This document shows positions 38,801 through 50,300 of a stretch of DNA of 64,000 nucleotides, piece by piece; the stretch's first letter is position 1; each line of letters opens with the position of its first letter. This DNA comes from Catajapyx aquilonaris (taxonomy: Eukaryota). The notes under the pieces were generated by a model that was not told the origin of the DNA, searched no databases, and was given only the letters and a program-made list of their open reading frames with translations. The stretch covers positions 62,001 to 126,000 of the forward strand of contig KZ538137.1 in NCBI GenBank assembly GCA_000934665.2, in the 5' to 3' direction. Position numbers and translations under genes: made by a program.

Positions 38801-41800
38801 GATAATAGAGTTGACCTATTTTTGAGGCAATTTCCCCAATTTGCCAGCGTTTCAATCCATACTTTGTGTCAAGTACTTGCCTGGAAATAAAAATCACATA
38901 CATTTATGAAGCCTTTCACTCTGAGCTACAGTTCTATAAATCCGTTGGGTAAAAAGGTGGTGTTTTGTTTTTTGCAATTGTCAAAATTTTGTCACACTTG
39001 AAAGCACAAAACAAGTGACAAATATAAACTACATCATTATGAAGAAATAAGATCCCACTGCACCTGGAATAATCTTCCCCCTTCCCAAGGGTGAATACTG
39101 CAGGATGAAGGCATAACTTTCTATCACCAAAAAAGGAATGTCATTTAGTATCACATGCTACCATGCAGTTATATATGAAAACAATGAAATAATTTTTGAC
39201 AGGGATATATCATGCAGCACAGCTCATGGCATGAGGAAACTCCCATGTTACTAATTATTAATTACCATTTCATTTTGAAATCTTGTGTCCATTCACACTT
39301 CTTATTTAATCTGATTAAATCTATACTATTCGTACATGCAGTGCACTCATCACAAACACACACAAATGGGGCATGCTTACTGCTTAGTTTAGCATGACTA
39401 TTTTAGCGGAGTAACCCATCTCGCACATTTTAATTTCGGACTTGGGAAAGAATGTTCTGATATGCATATCTAACAATTTTCATCTCAACTTCCACCGATA
39501 TTTAAGAGCACTACTTACAGACATAAATTTATAACTTGGAAATGGGATGGGGTATCCTCAGTATAAGGATGCATTGATTATTACCTCTTATAGAGGGTGA
39601 AGGAAAACTCGCGTACAATCTTCAGGTAAACGTACGGTATAGTATTCGCAAACCTACTATAGGGATGCGCAATTAGTTTTTGGCTCTTTGCATAGTTAAT
39701 CTGTATGGGGCCCTTAAAGTGTAGAGGGCCAGATGGTGGAATATGAGGCAAAAACGACAAAGTTCATGGGTGTCATACCCAGATTCTTGCTCTGACAGGA
39801 TTTGATTGCTTTTTACACATAGGCGATGTGTTAGGGGACCAAGGCGAGAGACCGGAAGCCCTCGAATAGACTTTTTCTTCTTAGAATCTGGCGGAACAGA
39901 CATGACATCACGAAACTTTGATGGCGCTGTACGGGTTAACTACGCAACGGATCCCTAGACTAATTGCACATTCCTACATTAGTTTTGCGAGTACTATAAG
40001 TTTACCTGGTGATTGTACACGAGTTTCTCTTTACCCTGTATTATGTTTGATGATGAAATTCACAAAACCAAACTACTATAGGAATGATGGATAATTAATC
40101 CAGTCCATTATTTTTTTTAAAAAAGGTCAATGTCAATAGTGGTCTTAGTTACGTGTTTGCAAAATATCGACAACAAAATTCACAGATGTACTAATAAATT
40201 AGGCTGCCATCTGCATTAGTAAAAGAAAGCATAATCAGAAATTCTCCATGCTCTATCTCTTCATATTCCCAGATCGGACAGGAATTTTTCATTCAGCAGT
40301 ATGCACAGACTATACTTTTCAAAGTTTTTGTCACAACATTTCAGAGGATTAAAATTTGAGCACAGCTGGGAGTGTAGTACACACTCCCATGTGATATACC
40401 ACAGATCTGGGACTACCCTATTTTTACAAAGCGCTTGAAAAGCTAATAAAACTAAGCCCGGGTTGCACCGGCTCCAGGAGTCTGGCCCAAGAAGAGCCAG
40501 GTTAGTTTGTTATTCATTGTTGTCAACAATTCTGTCAACAATGAATAACAAACTAACCTGGCTCTTCTTTGGCCAGACAAATTTTCCTGGAGCTGGTGCA
40601 ACCCGGCCTAAATCAATGATCATTGCTTGCATGCCAAAACCTGTGGCATTCAAACTTACACCATACCATCAAAAGGAGCAATCTTGGATGCATGAGGTAA
40701 TGCTGAACAAAAAGGGGGGAAATTGATTGCCACATGTATATTCTTGTGTAGCTAAATTAGAATGGTTTCAATGCTAATTTATAGCTGTTATAAATCAGAG
40801 CTGGTACCAAAGAATTACGTAAAGGGACACTGAAGGTCTAGGGCTCTAAGCAGTACATTGTAGAAGAATTTGAAAATGCCATTAGGGAGATTTTTTAAAA
40901 AAAGCATCAGCTACAGGGAAGCTGCCAAAAACTCCAAATTATCAATGGGGACACTATAGTCTATACCCACACAAAGCAAGACAATGTTATTCCCACTATT
41001 GGTAGGCACACAGTGTCGTGATCATGGTATGGATGACTCACATAATTTCAGTGAATGTGATTCAGAAAAGGATTTTTAACAACTTAAAGGTGGTGATGGG
41101 TTTTACTGAATATGCAGGCAAGAGATCATGTTAGATACAAAGTATGATCAGTGGTACAGGTGGTACAGTGCTGGACATATTAGCCGTCGCTGAATGTTTT
41201 TTTTTCGGCGGCGGCGTTACCAATTCAAACATCAGCCCATGGAGAGCGCTTCCATTGTTGCCACTGTTAACAAATCGAGTGAGTGAGTGCGCAGGCAGAA
41301 GAGACCCGTTGCTGGGTTGTCTGCGTCACTCACTCGATTTGTAAACAGTGGCAACAATGGAAGCGCTCTCCATGGGCTGATGTTTGAATTGGCCCGCCGG
41401 ACAGGGTTGCCAGGTAAAACCGCCGCCACCGGAAAAAAACATTCAGCAAAGGCTAATATGTCCAGCACTGTAGAGTTGATATGTAAATTAGCAATAGAAA
41501 ATGTCTCAGGATTGCCCTGTTTGATGGTAGTTTTTATTTCACAAGAAATAAAATAGGTGATGTCATTAGTTATTCGAAAGGGCACTTGGACACACACCAT
41601 CATTTATTATTAACTACCTTGCAACCACATAAAAGGTTTGCAGTATGCGCAAGAATTACTAAAATTATCCCACCAATAATTAATAGATGAATGTTGCAAG
41701 TAGTTTAGAATTTGGGTAGCCAAAAACTTATCATAATCTTACATGGGCTGCAAAACAATCTAACATCTCATTGGAGTTACACTCCTGGGGGTGGATTCAT

Positions 41801-42840
41801 CAAATGTCATAAGTCAAATTTTCTTCGTATCCGGTCGTAACCATAGTTAGTTAATTATTAGTAGGCCTAACTATGGTTACGAACGGTTATGACGAAAATT
41901 TGACGTACGACATTTGATGAATCCAACCCAAGCTCCCCAAACATGCACTTAAAATAATTCAAGAACAACTAGTAGGCCTACATCAAGTACATGCACAACC
42001 ATGAGCCAATTAAACTAGTTCTATCCATCTCACCGATGCTGTTGCTGAAATTTCCACAGCTTGGTATACACATCGAAAGTGCGGCCAAAATATGCCTGCC
42101 ATTGCTTGTGGCCATACTGTGGCAGATCCCTGCAATACAAAAACCCTGTTACACGTGTACATATACATGGAATTATTAGAGTAGGCCTATTAACACTGTA
42201 ACAGCTTGTCAGTAATTCATGTACAGTAACTTGACTTTGCATGTTCCGGGTTAATTTCAAAGTTAGATATCAGTTTGCATGCATTAAGCCACTGTAGAAA
42301 GTACACTTGTGTGACGTAAATGACATCTCCGGCTACCACTGTACATGCCTATGAAGGCAACTGTTAACTACCTCATCAAATGCAGATCAATGCTACAAGG
42401 TCTTACATTGGACCAACAAACCACCATCTGCGTTATCTCCGTTAACTAGCCAGTGACAGCAGACATCCCACAACATGATCCGCTGCAAAGGAGCATGCAG
42501 CAACAAACCATGTCCCTTTTCACTTAGGCTAGTGCATATCCTGCATTGCACTTGGCTTCTCCCAAACAGGCAACAGCAAGACCAGACATCCAGCTGCACC
42601 TGTCACCCGGACTCCTAAGGCCCAAAATCCCATCCCCAACGGGTGCCACAAGTCCCTTAAGGTCCCACCTGGAGAGGGGGGTGGCCCGTCACTCACACTT
42701 TCCCACCCGCCTCTATCCAACTGACCTTTAACCCCCTTGACCCCAACTGACCTGAGCCCGTTGAAGAGCTGCTTGGATTTCTCTAGGAGGTGACAGAACT
42801 CGTTGACTATCCTCCTCTCGTGCTCCGTCAGGTCCGCCAT
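32882..42840 (-). CDS. SCAI: protein SCAI (suppressor of cancer cell invasion) homologue
   Basis: Exons 42840 (or ATG 42855)-42752, 42129-42034, 38880-38794, 38714-38616, 38527-38431, 38359-38202, 38091-37998, 36826-36707, 35844-35751, 35685-35599, 35534-35444, 35035-34881, 34806-34633, 34561-34461, 33025-32882. Motifs KSKQLFNGLRDLPQYG, YTKLWKFQQQHR, KKLRYYARFIVVCLLL, RENPHKYLLYRPTFSQL. Confidence 0.95.
33987..34140. mobile_element. truncated pogo/Tigger-like MITE
   Basis: AAAACCTCAATATAACG ... GTGTTATATGGAGGTTTTACTG|TA with repeated subterminal GTGTTATATG. Confidence 0.55.
39593..40038. mobile_element. Tc1/mariner-type MITE in a SCAI intron
   Basis: TA flanks; ~85-bp imperfect TIRs (GAGGGTGAAGGAAAACTCGCGTACAATC / GATTGTACACGAGTTTCTCTTTACCCTG). 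Confidence 0.7.
40456..40608. mobile_element. PIF/Harbinger-like palindromic MITE
   Basis: TAA|GCCCGGGTTGCACC ... GGTGCAACCCGGCC|TAA; near-complete hairpin. Confidence 0.75.
41166..41470. mobile_element. Tc1/mariner-type palindromic MITE
   Basis: TA|CAGTGCTGGACATATTAGCC ... GGCTAATATGTCCAGCACTG|TA; arms of more than 120 bp. Confidence 0.85.
41789..41930. mobile_element. palindromic MITE-like element
   Basis: GGATTCATCAAATGTC...CGTAACCATAGTTAG / CTAACTATGGTTACG...GACATTTGATGAATCC. Confidence 0.7.
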
Positions 42841-43598
42841 GTTTCTCTGCCGCATTCGTACCCACGGGATCGATTCACCGTCTCTCCCTCCTCCTCTCGT
42901 TCGCCCCGAACATCACCCCCAACCACCCGGGGACAAAGACGGGGACAATTTTCACATTCGGACCCACCTCTGCCCCGACTCCTGGCCCGGATCGGGGGAA
43001 GACCACACTTCTTCGGGGGGAAAGGGGGATCTGCATTGACTCCGGTCCGATACGGGGATTTTTTTTTCTTTCTTCTTGTTTCCTTCAGCTGCCACCCCTT
43101 TCAAAGGCGGGATATTCGTGGGAAGCAAAATCAAAAGTAGGCTATAAAAATTTATGTACCGTACTACAGTGCATTTAATCTATATAAATAAAGCCGTTTG
43201 TGAGTCTGTCTATCCAACCGTCATTTGCCTGCCATCTGTGCTCCACCCCCAGGCCGGGAGAGGATGGAGGTGTTGGGGGTTGACTACAGATGGCAAGCAA
43301 TTGAGGTTCAAGGTGTTGGAGTAGCAGGACCACCAGATGGCATTGGTGGCCGGACACACAGAAAGACAGACAGTTGACGGGGGTACTGGCAGGTGTTTTC
43401 CCTTCATTCATTTCTTCCCGGGAAACGCCGGGTGCCGCAGCTAGTGTTATACAAATTTTATGGGATACCTGATGAAATGGACGAAAAGAAACGAACAAAA
43501 ACTGTACTAAAACAACAAAATGCATTTATTTACAATACCTAATTTAATATAATAAATTGTCATTCACAACAATCTTATAAATAGACAAAAAGTCACAA

Positions 43599-45600
43599 TT
43601 ACGATCCCCATGCAATACCTTGTCCTGAAACTGTGAAAGGTTTGGATAGTTTTAGGGCAGTTGAAGTGACAGATGCTTGGAATGTCCGTCCCTCTCTCCT
43701 TAAACGCACTCTCACAAACCCGCTCCCTGTCATCTCCTCCTCTTCCGCTTCGTGCTGTTCCCTGTGCTGGGTGTATACCAATGAGACGGCATGGTGCTGC
43801 AGGGCCTTTTGCAGTTTTGTCACCCACCTCTTCTTGTAGACCTCCCAACTCTGCAGTCTCTTCCCTATCCGATCTGCCCAATAAAAGCTGAGAAGGCTAT
43901 CCACCACCACAAGGGGCACTGTCACTTGTTCCATCAACAGGTAGTCCAAAGAAGCTACTGAGGCTTCCAGACTACAGCTGTCATAGCAGTTGAGTACCTT
44001 TGGTAACAGGCAAAGTGAAGATAACTGTTAAATAGAGTAGTTTTCACTGAATTCATGGTGAGATTTTATTGCGCATGAATGCACCTAAAACAAGAAACTA
44101 TTAAACTACCAAATTAAACTGGTTACTTCATGTCTCGTCTCTGATTTCATCATTTATTGCAGTAAATAGTGAGGTGGGATGGACCAGCTGAAGCTCAGCA
44201 ATGTCAGGCAACAAGTTACAACAAGCCCATTCACAGCTTCACATTTAATACGGTACTTTCTGTAGTCCGCGACGTATTTCCCAATAGGCAGAGTAGGCAA
44301 TTGCCTGGAGGCTATACCAGTCCTTCTCACCACCGCATGGTGGAATATATATATTTTAAAAATAAAATAAACTAAAATAAAATAAAACAAAGGCACAAAA
44401 AAGGACTTTTTAAGTGACATACTGGGGGGCGGGGATATCAACTGCCTAGGTGTGGCCAGGGGGGTAAATCCGGCGATGTATGTAGCAGTAATTTAATTTC
44501 TGACTACTCATAACCTTTTTACAAACAAAACATTTACCAGAAGTCCACGAAGGCAATCCTTAACAGTTGTGGAAGTGACTTGGCCTTTGTCAACTGAGAA
44601 GCTCCTGGCTTGTGCCTCAATGATTTCAGCAAGGCGAAAGATGTTAAAATGCTGGTCAGTGTTAAGGAGAATGGCACCTGCCCCACAGCCACCTAGGTTT
44701 GGAGGCAAGAGGGTGCGGGCCAGAATGTGCATCAGAAGAGTGGTCTTCCCACTTGAGGTAGGACCAAGAATTTCCACTACACTTCTGTGAAGGCCATTTG
44801 GAAACAGGCGTGGCTCAATACCTGGAATAGTTGAACGCACTTGTTATTAGGCTAAAGTAGTTAGACTAAAATGGTTCATGCTCAGCTGTTTCACTAAAGT
44901 AGTGAACCTATAGGCCAGGGGGAAAAAACATTTGGTAAAAAATCCAGAGGTCACGAAAAAATTAGATTGGGCATTTTTTGTGGAAAAACCTGCACACTCA
45001 CCATATGCAATTGTATTAAAAAAAACTACTGGTACTACATTTTGGTTTTAGCGAATGTTTTTATTTGCAGCACTTCATTGGAAACTGCATAAATTGGGCG
45101 CAAGATGTCAAATTAAGCAGCTTTTACTATGCAGTGTCTCATGATAATGTTTCACCTTTTAGGTTTACTAATAATTTTTATCCAAGTCATCAAATAACAG
45201 TGATATCTAAATTCATTGTTTCTGTCAGGTCAAGTCCCCTACTTCGTCTATGACACAATCATTGTGGGAATTCTCACAGCAAAATCTGTTAAAAGGTTTT
45301 CTTGTTCAACAATTCACAACATATAAATCTCGGTATAAATTAAGGCAGAGGTCTTCTGAGGATATATTTCCCCAAAGAATGACCGCCTCCTGCATGACAT
45401 TTTCATTGCAACAGGTACGGGTATGGTACAGTACTACACCTTCTGTCAACATTAGCAAGAGGCCATAAATTACTGGAGTCATCGACAACCTTCTTCTGCG
45501 TACCTCCGAGGGATGGTCGTACGATGCTTCTGGCCACTAACTCTTTCCCAGTCACAACTCGCACCTGCTGGAACTCTTTTCTCTTCGACGTAGACGCCAT
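43599..45600 (-). CDS. XRCC2: DNA repair protein XRCC2 (RAD51 paralogue)
   Basis: Exons 45600-45504 (TGKELVARSIVRPSLG), 44821-44538 (IEPRLF, Walker A GPTSSGKT, LLPPNLGG, NTDQHFNIFRL), 43997-43599 (Walker B LVVVDSLLSFYW, TAA). Confidence 0.88.
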
Positions 45601-46574
45601 GTTTCAATTCCACACATGTTACCAGATGCACGAGAATCAACTGGAAGTTTACCTGGAATTTAAAGTTTCTCTTAAATCGGCAATTAAATTAATTGCAGAT
45701 AATTATATATCGTGCATTGTGTGAAGTTTAAATACTGTACTGGTATATAGCCTTCTGAATACCTTGCTCTTTATTAATAAGACTTCCCGTAGAGGGCAGC
45801 AGTTGTTCAGGCAACTACCGCCACCTCCTGTCCACGGCCTAAACTACATACTGCGAACACGCCACCGGCCATGTCCGTATAAAGAAAAAAAAAATTAAAT
45901 CCCCCCCCCCACCCAAGTTTACCGGATGCGGTATTATTTTTGGCATATTTTAATTCCTGCTGTGAAACATCCAAGTCGCACATATTTATGTATGTCATAA
46001 ATGCAACCGGTCTTAGAAATCGAAAGGGAAAACAAGTGTGGGTGTGCGCGATTACACACAAAAAAAATTAATGCAGATTCAGAGTTGCCGCAGTTGAAGG
46101 AAATGTCACTCAATTGTTTACAAAGTGAACAAAAATAACGGTTACATTTAATATCCTAATTCGATGTGCAATAAGCATATTAGTTACAAATTAATTCTTG
46201 CACGCTGCTGCACGGACTGCACCTTATACCCGGATATTACTGCCAGCAGTGCCAGGACTGCTAGACGGTCGTTTTTTCCACTCATAAAGTGGGAAAAAAA
46301 ATGATCAGATCATTTTTCAAGAAGAGTGTACCGCCATTAGCTGTTATTAATCGCAGTTACTTTTCTGCCAGTAGCCATATAGCCGACACTGCCCCCCCCC
46401 CACCACCCCCACCCCACCACCGCGAATGAAAATACTGCGGCAACCCTGGGTTTTGGCCCCGGAGCGAGCCCACCGCCCCGCCCCGCCTCTGGGAACAGCG
46501 TCGCCGCCTGCCGGTCCCCCAATGATGCTCGCCATTTTGTTCCGCGTAGTTTTCATGGACAAGGCGGTGCAGCG
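45601..46574. promoter_or_regulatory. divergent promoter region XRCC2/FUBP
   Basis: Head-to-head ATGs ~1 kb apart; CpG-rich near 46400-46600; CTCF-like CCCGTAGAGGGCAGCA at 45786; YY1-like CGCCATTTT at ~46530. Confidence 0.6.
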
Positions 46575-47278
46575 ATGAGTGATTATTCCGCCGTTGCCCC
46601 TCCTCAGAATTTCAGCCACAGTTCCGCATTCGCGGATGCCTTGCAGCGGGCAAGACAGGTGAGAGAACTGGTGGGGTTAGGCCCCGGGCGGAGGGAACAC
46701 GGGCAGAGAAAACCCGGGGCGGAGAAATATTCGGCGAGGGGAGGAGGAGGGAGAAGGGAAAAATCGGCTTCGGCCGGGTAGGGTGGGGGAGTAGGAGGGA
46801 TGGAGGGGGGGGAGGGGGCATGGGGTGGGTGGCGTCAAGGTGGCGGGTTGAAGGGAGAGGGGGTGCGGGCAAGCCGGGGATGCCCTTTGTTTGTTGGGAG
46901 CCAAACACGCACTTGAAGGGCGGGAGGTAGAAGGAGGGCGAGGATCCCATCTCTGCCCCTTGCGACACGCAGGCCATTGCTGGGGTTTGAAAAGGGAAGG
47001 GAGGGCTCGAGTGTCATGGGAATTTCCATCAGTAGGGAGTGAAGCAAGCAAATGTCTTGATCCCCATGAGAAATGCACAGCTTTGCTATTATTCAGACAC
47101 TGCTTACTTGTGTGTGCCAATGAAACCATGTGCAGCTCAGGCGTGGCAGGGCATTTGGCATGCAGGGATGCTTGGGGTGGGATATTAGGTTGGTGGATGT
47201 GTGTTGGTGTGTGCATGAAACGTAAATGTCATCATTTGTCACATACAGGCCGCATTTCTGTTAATCAACACCGACACA

Positions 47279-47314
<36 letters not shown>

Positions 47315-50300
47315 GATAATTTGTGCAATATTCGTAATGATTTTTTTCCTGATTAGTTGCAACGTTGGATGTTTGGAAATGCATGTTGTCAGATCGCTTA
47401 GTTGTAAGGGAAACCAAAATGGTGATTTTGCCCATGAGTTGGAGCAGCCCCATGACACATACGAAACGGCACTTTAATGTAAAAGTCTCTGCCAGGCGGG
47501 GAATTTGGCGCTGCCGCTCCCCCACAGGCATCTATACTGCTGCCAGCCACCTGAATCCTAGTCTGCAAACGCCCTCCGAGGAAAGGAAGGTTTGTGTTGG
47601 TTCCGATGGAGGCCAATCCGAACCGACCCCCCAGTAAATACCTGTGGAGGCGCACCAGGGCCAAAATCTCCGCACGGCGGAGACTTTTATATGAAACAAC
47701 CGTCAACATAGGGATAGGTTGGATGTGTCAGGGGGCTGAGTTGAAGGTTATTGGTGTGGGAGTGGTGACTTTTTGAGTGACAGAGGAGCCTAGAATTATG
47801 ACACCTCGTTTCCATTTTCCATCCTACTTCCAAAGTTGGATGAGATTGTTTTGCATTTTTGTTTAGCCAGCATCCATGGTGTTGGCCATTTTGAGGTGTG
47901 GCCTGAGTTAGAAAAGGTTAACAAAAGTTGCATACTGCATCCCCAGTTTCCTGTTAAAGGAAAGGTTCAGTGATTTTGCATGTTGGGCTTCAAGAATCAA
48001 GCAAGACTCCCTGATTCTGAATATCTGGTCCGTTTCGGTAGCAAATGCACCATAAGCGTAAAAATTCAAGTCAAAGTCGTTTTTTGTTTAAAATCAATGC
48101 CAAACAGGCGTTCCCTCTTGCAGCTAGTAGGGAAGCACCAAATGGCAATAAAGATGGCTGCCCCCATAGCGACAAACCATGTGCAAGCCAGGTTTTCATG
48201 TTTTCGACTCGAGCGGAACCCACCCCGGGTGCCAAGGGCCATGGGAAAGCAGGGGAAGATGAGAAGGGCAGGATGGAGGGAGGGGCATGACATTGAGTGA
48301 TCGGACCATGAGGCCGAGTGATGCCCACCGCAGGATACTTCCGTACCAGTTCGAGACTTACCAAGGCGGGTCGTGTCGCGAGGTATACACATTGCCCACA
48401 TCTTGGCTGCATGTGACAGCGTCCGAGTAAGGGCCACTTCTAGTTCAAAAATTGTCTTCGTGACTAAGCCAATCCTGGCCTATGCAGTTTACCGTGTTCT
48501 CCGTGGGTGGCACTTGCTACTCGACATTACCGTAGTAGTTCACGTAACGGGATTTGCTTATGCGGTGTGATGTTCAAAAACTGACCACATTTTTGGAATC
48601 AGGGAGTCTTCCTTGATCTTTGAAGCCCAACATGCAAAATCACTGAACCTTTCCTTTAAACTAGTGTATTGTTATGTAGCAGTTTTCCCTATTTTAAGGA
48701 ATTGTTTTGTGGCCTCTTCTAAAATTAATGTCTGCAGTGTAATTTAATTTGCATATAAATTAACTTTATCTATAGAAAAACATGTCATAGCAAAGTAATA
48801 CAATAAAATGACATGAAAATTCTGTGCCTCATGCATTGGGTTATTAGAAAGTTGTTGTACAGACACTGCTTGGGAAGTCATTGAAAGCTTGTCATGGACA
48901 TGATTTCTAGATGTAGAATTGGTTCATAGCATATATTCACAGCATTTTGTAGCTGCAATTTTCGATTGTTTAATCCAGTGAGGATGATGATATGAGGTCA
49001 AATCAAACAGTAATTGACAACTTTTTCAATTCTAAAGCTTCACAACAGAAACTACATATGCATATGAAAGGGCAAGTCTTTCTCTAATTTGAGATGTAGT
49101 CATCATACACTTTGGGTGCACTTGTCCCAGCGGGATAATATTTTTTCCACACCACTGCAGAAAAAAGCATCAGGATGGCTGGGAAGGCTGGTTCTTTCCC
49201 TTCCTCGTTGTCTCTGAAGTGCTGACGGGCCAGGTGCTTCTTTCATTGGTACCAATGGTACCATGGTCTACCATCTCTTTGGACCAAAAAAGAAGCCCCT
49301 GGCTTGTCAAGACCTCGTGACATTGAGGAAATGAAAGAGACCGTCCACCACTGCCTTCCCAGACGTTTCCTCGATGTCGCTGAGGTCTTGACAAGCTGGG
49401 GCTTATTTTTTGGTCCAAAGAGATGGTAGACCATGGTTAAGGCCATCATTTGGTACCAATGAAAGAAGCACCTGGCCTGTCAGCACTTCAGAAACAACGA
49501 GGAATGGACAGACCCTGCCTTTCCAGATATCGTGACGCTTTTTTCTGCAGTGGTGTGGGAAAATAATGTGTATGATGATTGTCTAAATTTAGAGAAAGAC
49601 TGGACGTTTCATATGTATGTCAATTCAGTTTCTGTTGTGCAGCTTCGGAATTTAAAAAGTTGCCAATCACTTTTTGTTTCGCTCTCGTAATTTCCTTGGC
49701 CTTCTCAGTAAATCAGTATTGCATGTTACAGAATAAGTAGCTGTTTCAGTTAACTTAATGTAAATAATGCACAAAGTTGCATATTCCTTGATATACAGTA
49801 TGTACTGTAGTGCTGAACTAAATTTTGTAGATTCAGCAACAATGCATAGGCCTTCTAGCTAAAAGTCTGTGCATCCAGCTTCATGTAATTGTCTAGGTGC
49901 AATAATTTGCATGGCAGGAGTTTGTGTTACCCTTGGCTCCCTTTTGTATAATAATACAGTTTTTAAATAAACCGAGATAAGAAATCAGCAATTCTAATAG
50001 TGTTGACGATCTGACAGCTTTAACTCTGCAATGGTGGTGACAACGGTATGAGTACTTCTATGTTGTTATACTGCCTTAAACATGTCAAGGAGGTGTTTTA
50101 TTTCCTGAGAATACTGCATCACAACTATGGAGTGGCCCATTGTAAAAATCTGCATTATAAGGGGATTTAAGGGTATAATTATCTGGTTGGGCTTTGTGGA
50201 GATGGCTAGAGTAGGTAGCGTGGCTTGTCTTCACATACAAGCTCTTGATGGTAGTAAGCAGGATGGGTATTGTTTCATGTTTGTTTTTTTAATATAAATT

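Noticed and set aside
46612..47319. Several long ORFs after FUBP exon 1
   Set aside because: G-rich, stop-poor intron sequence and a microsatellite
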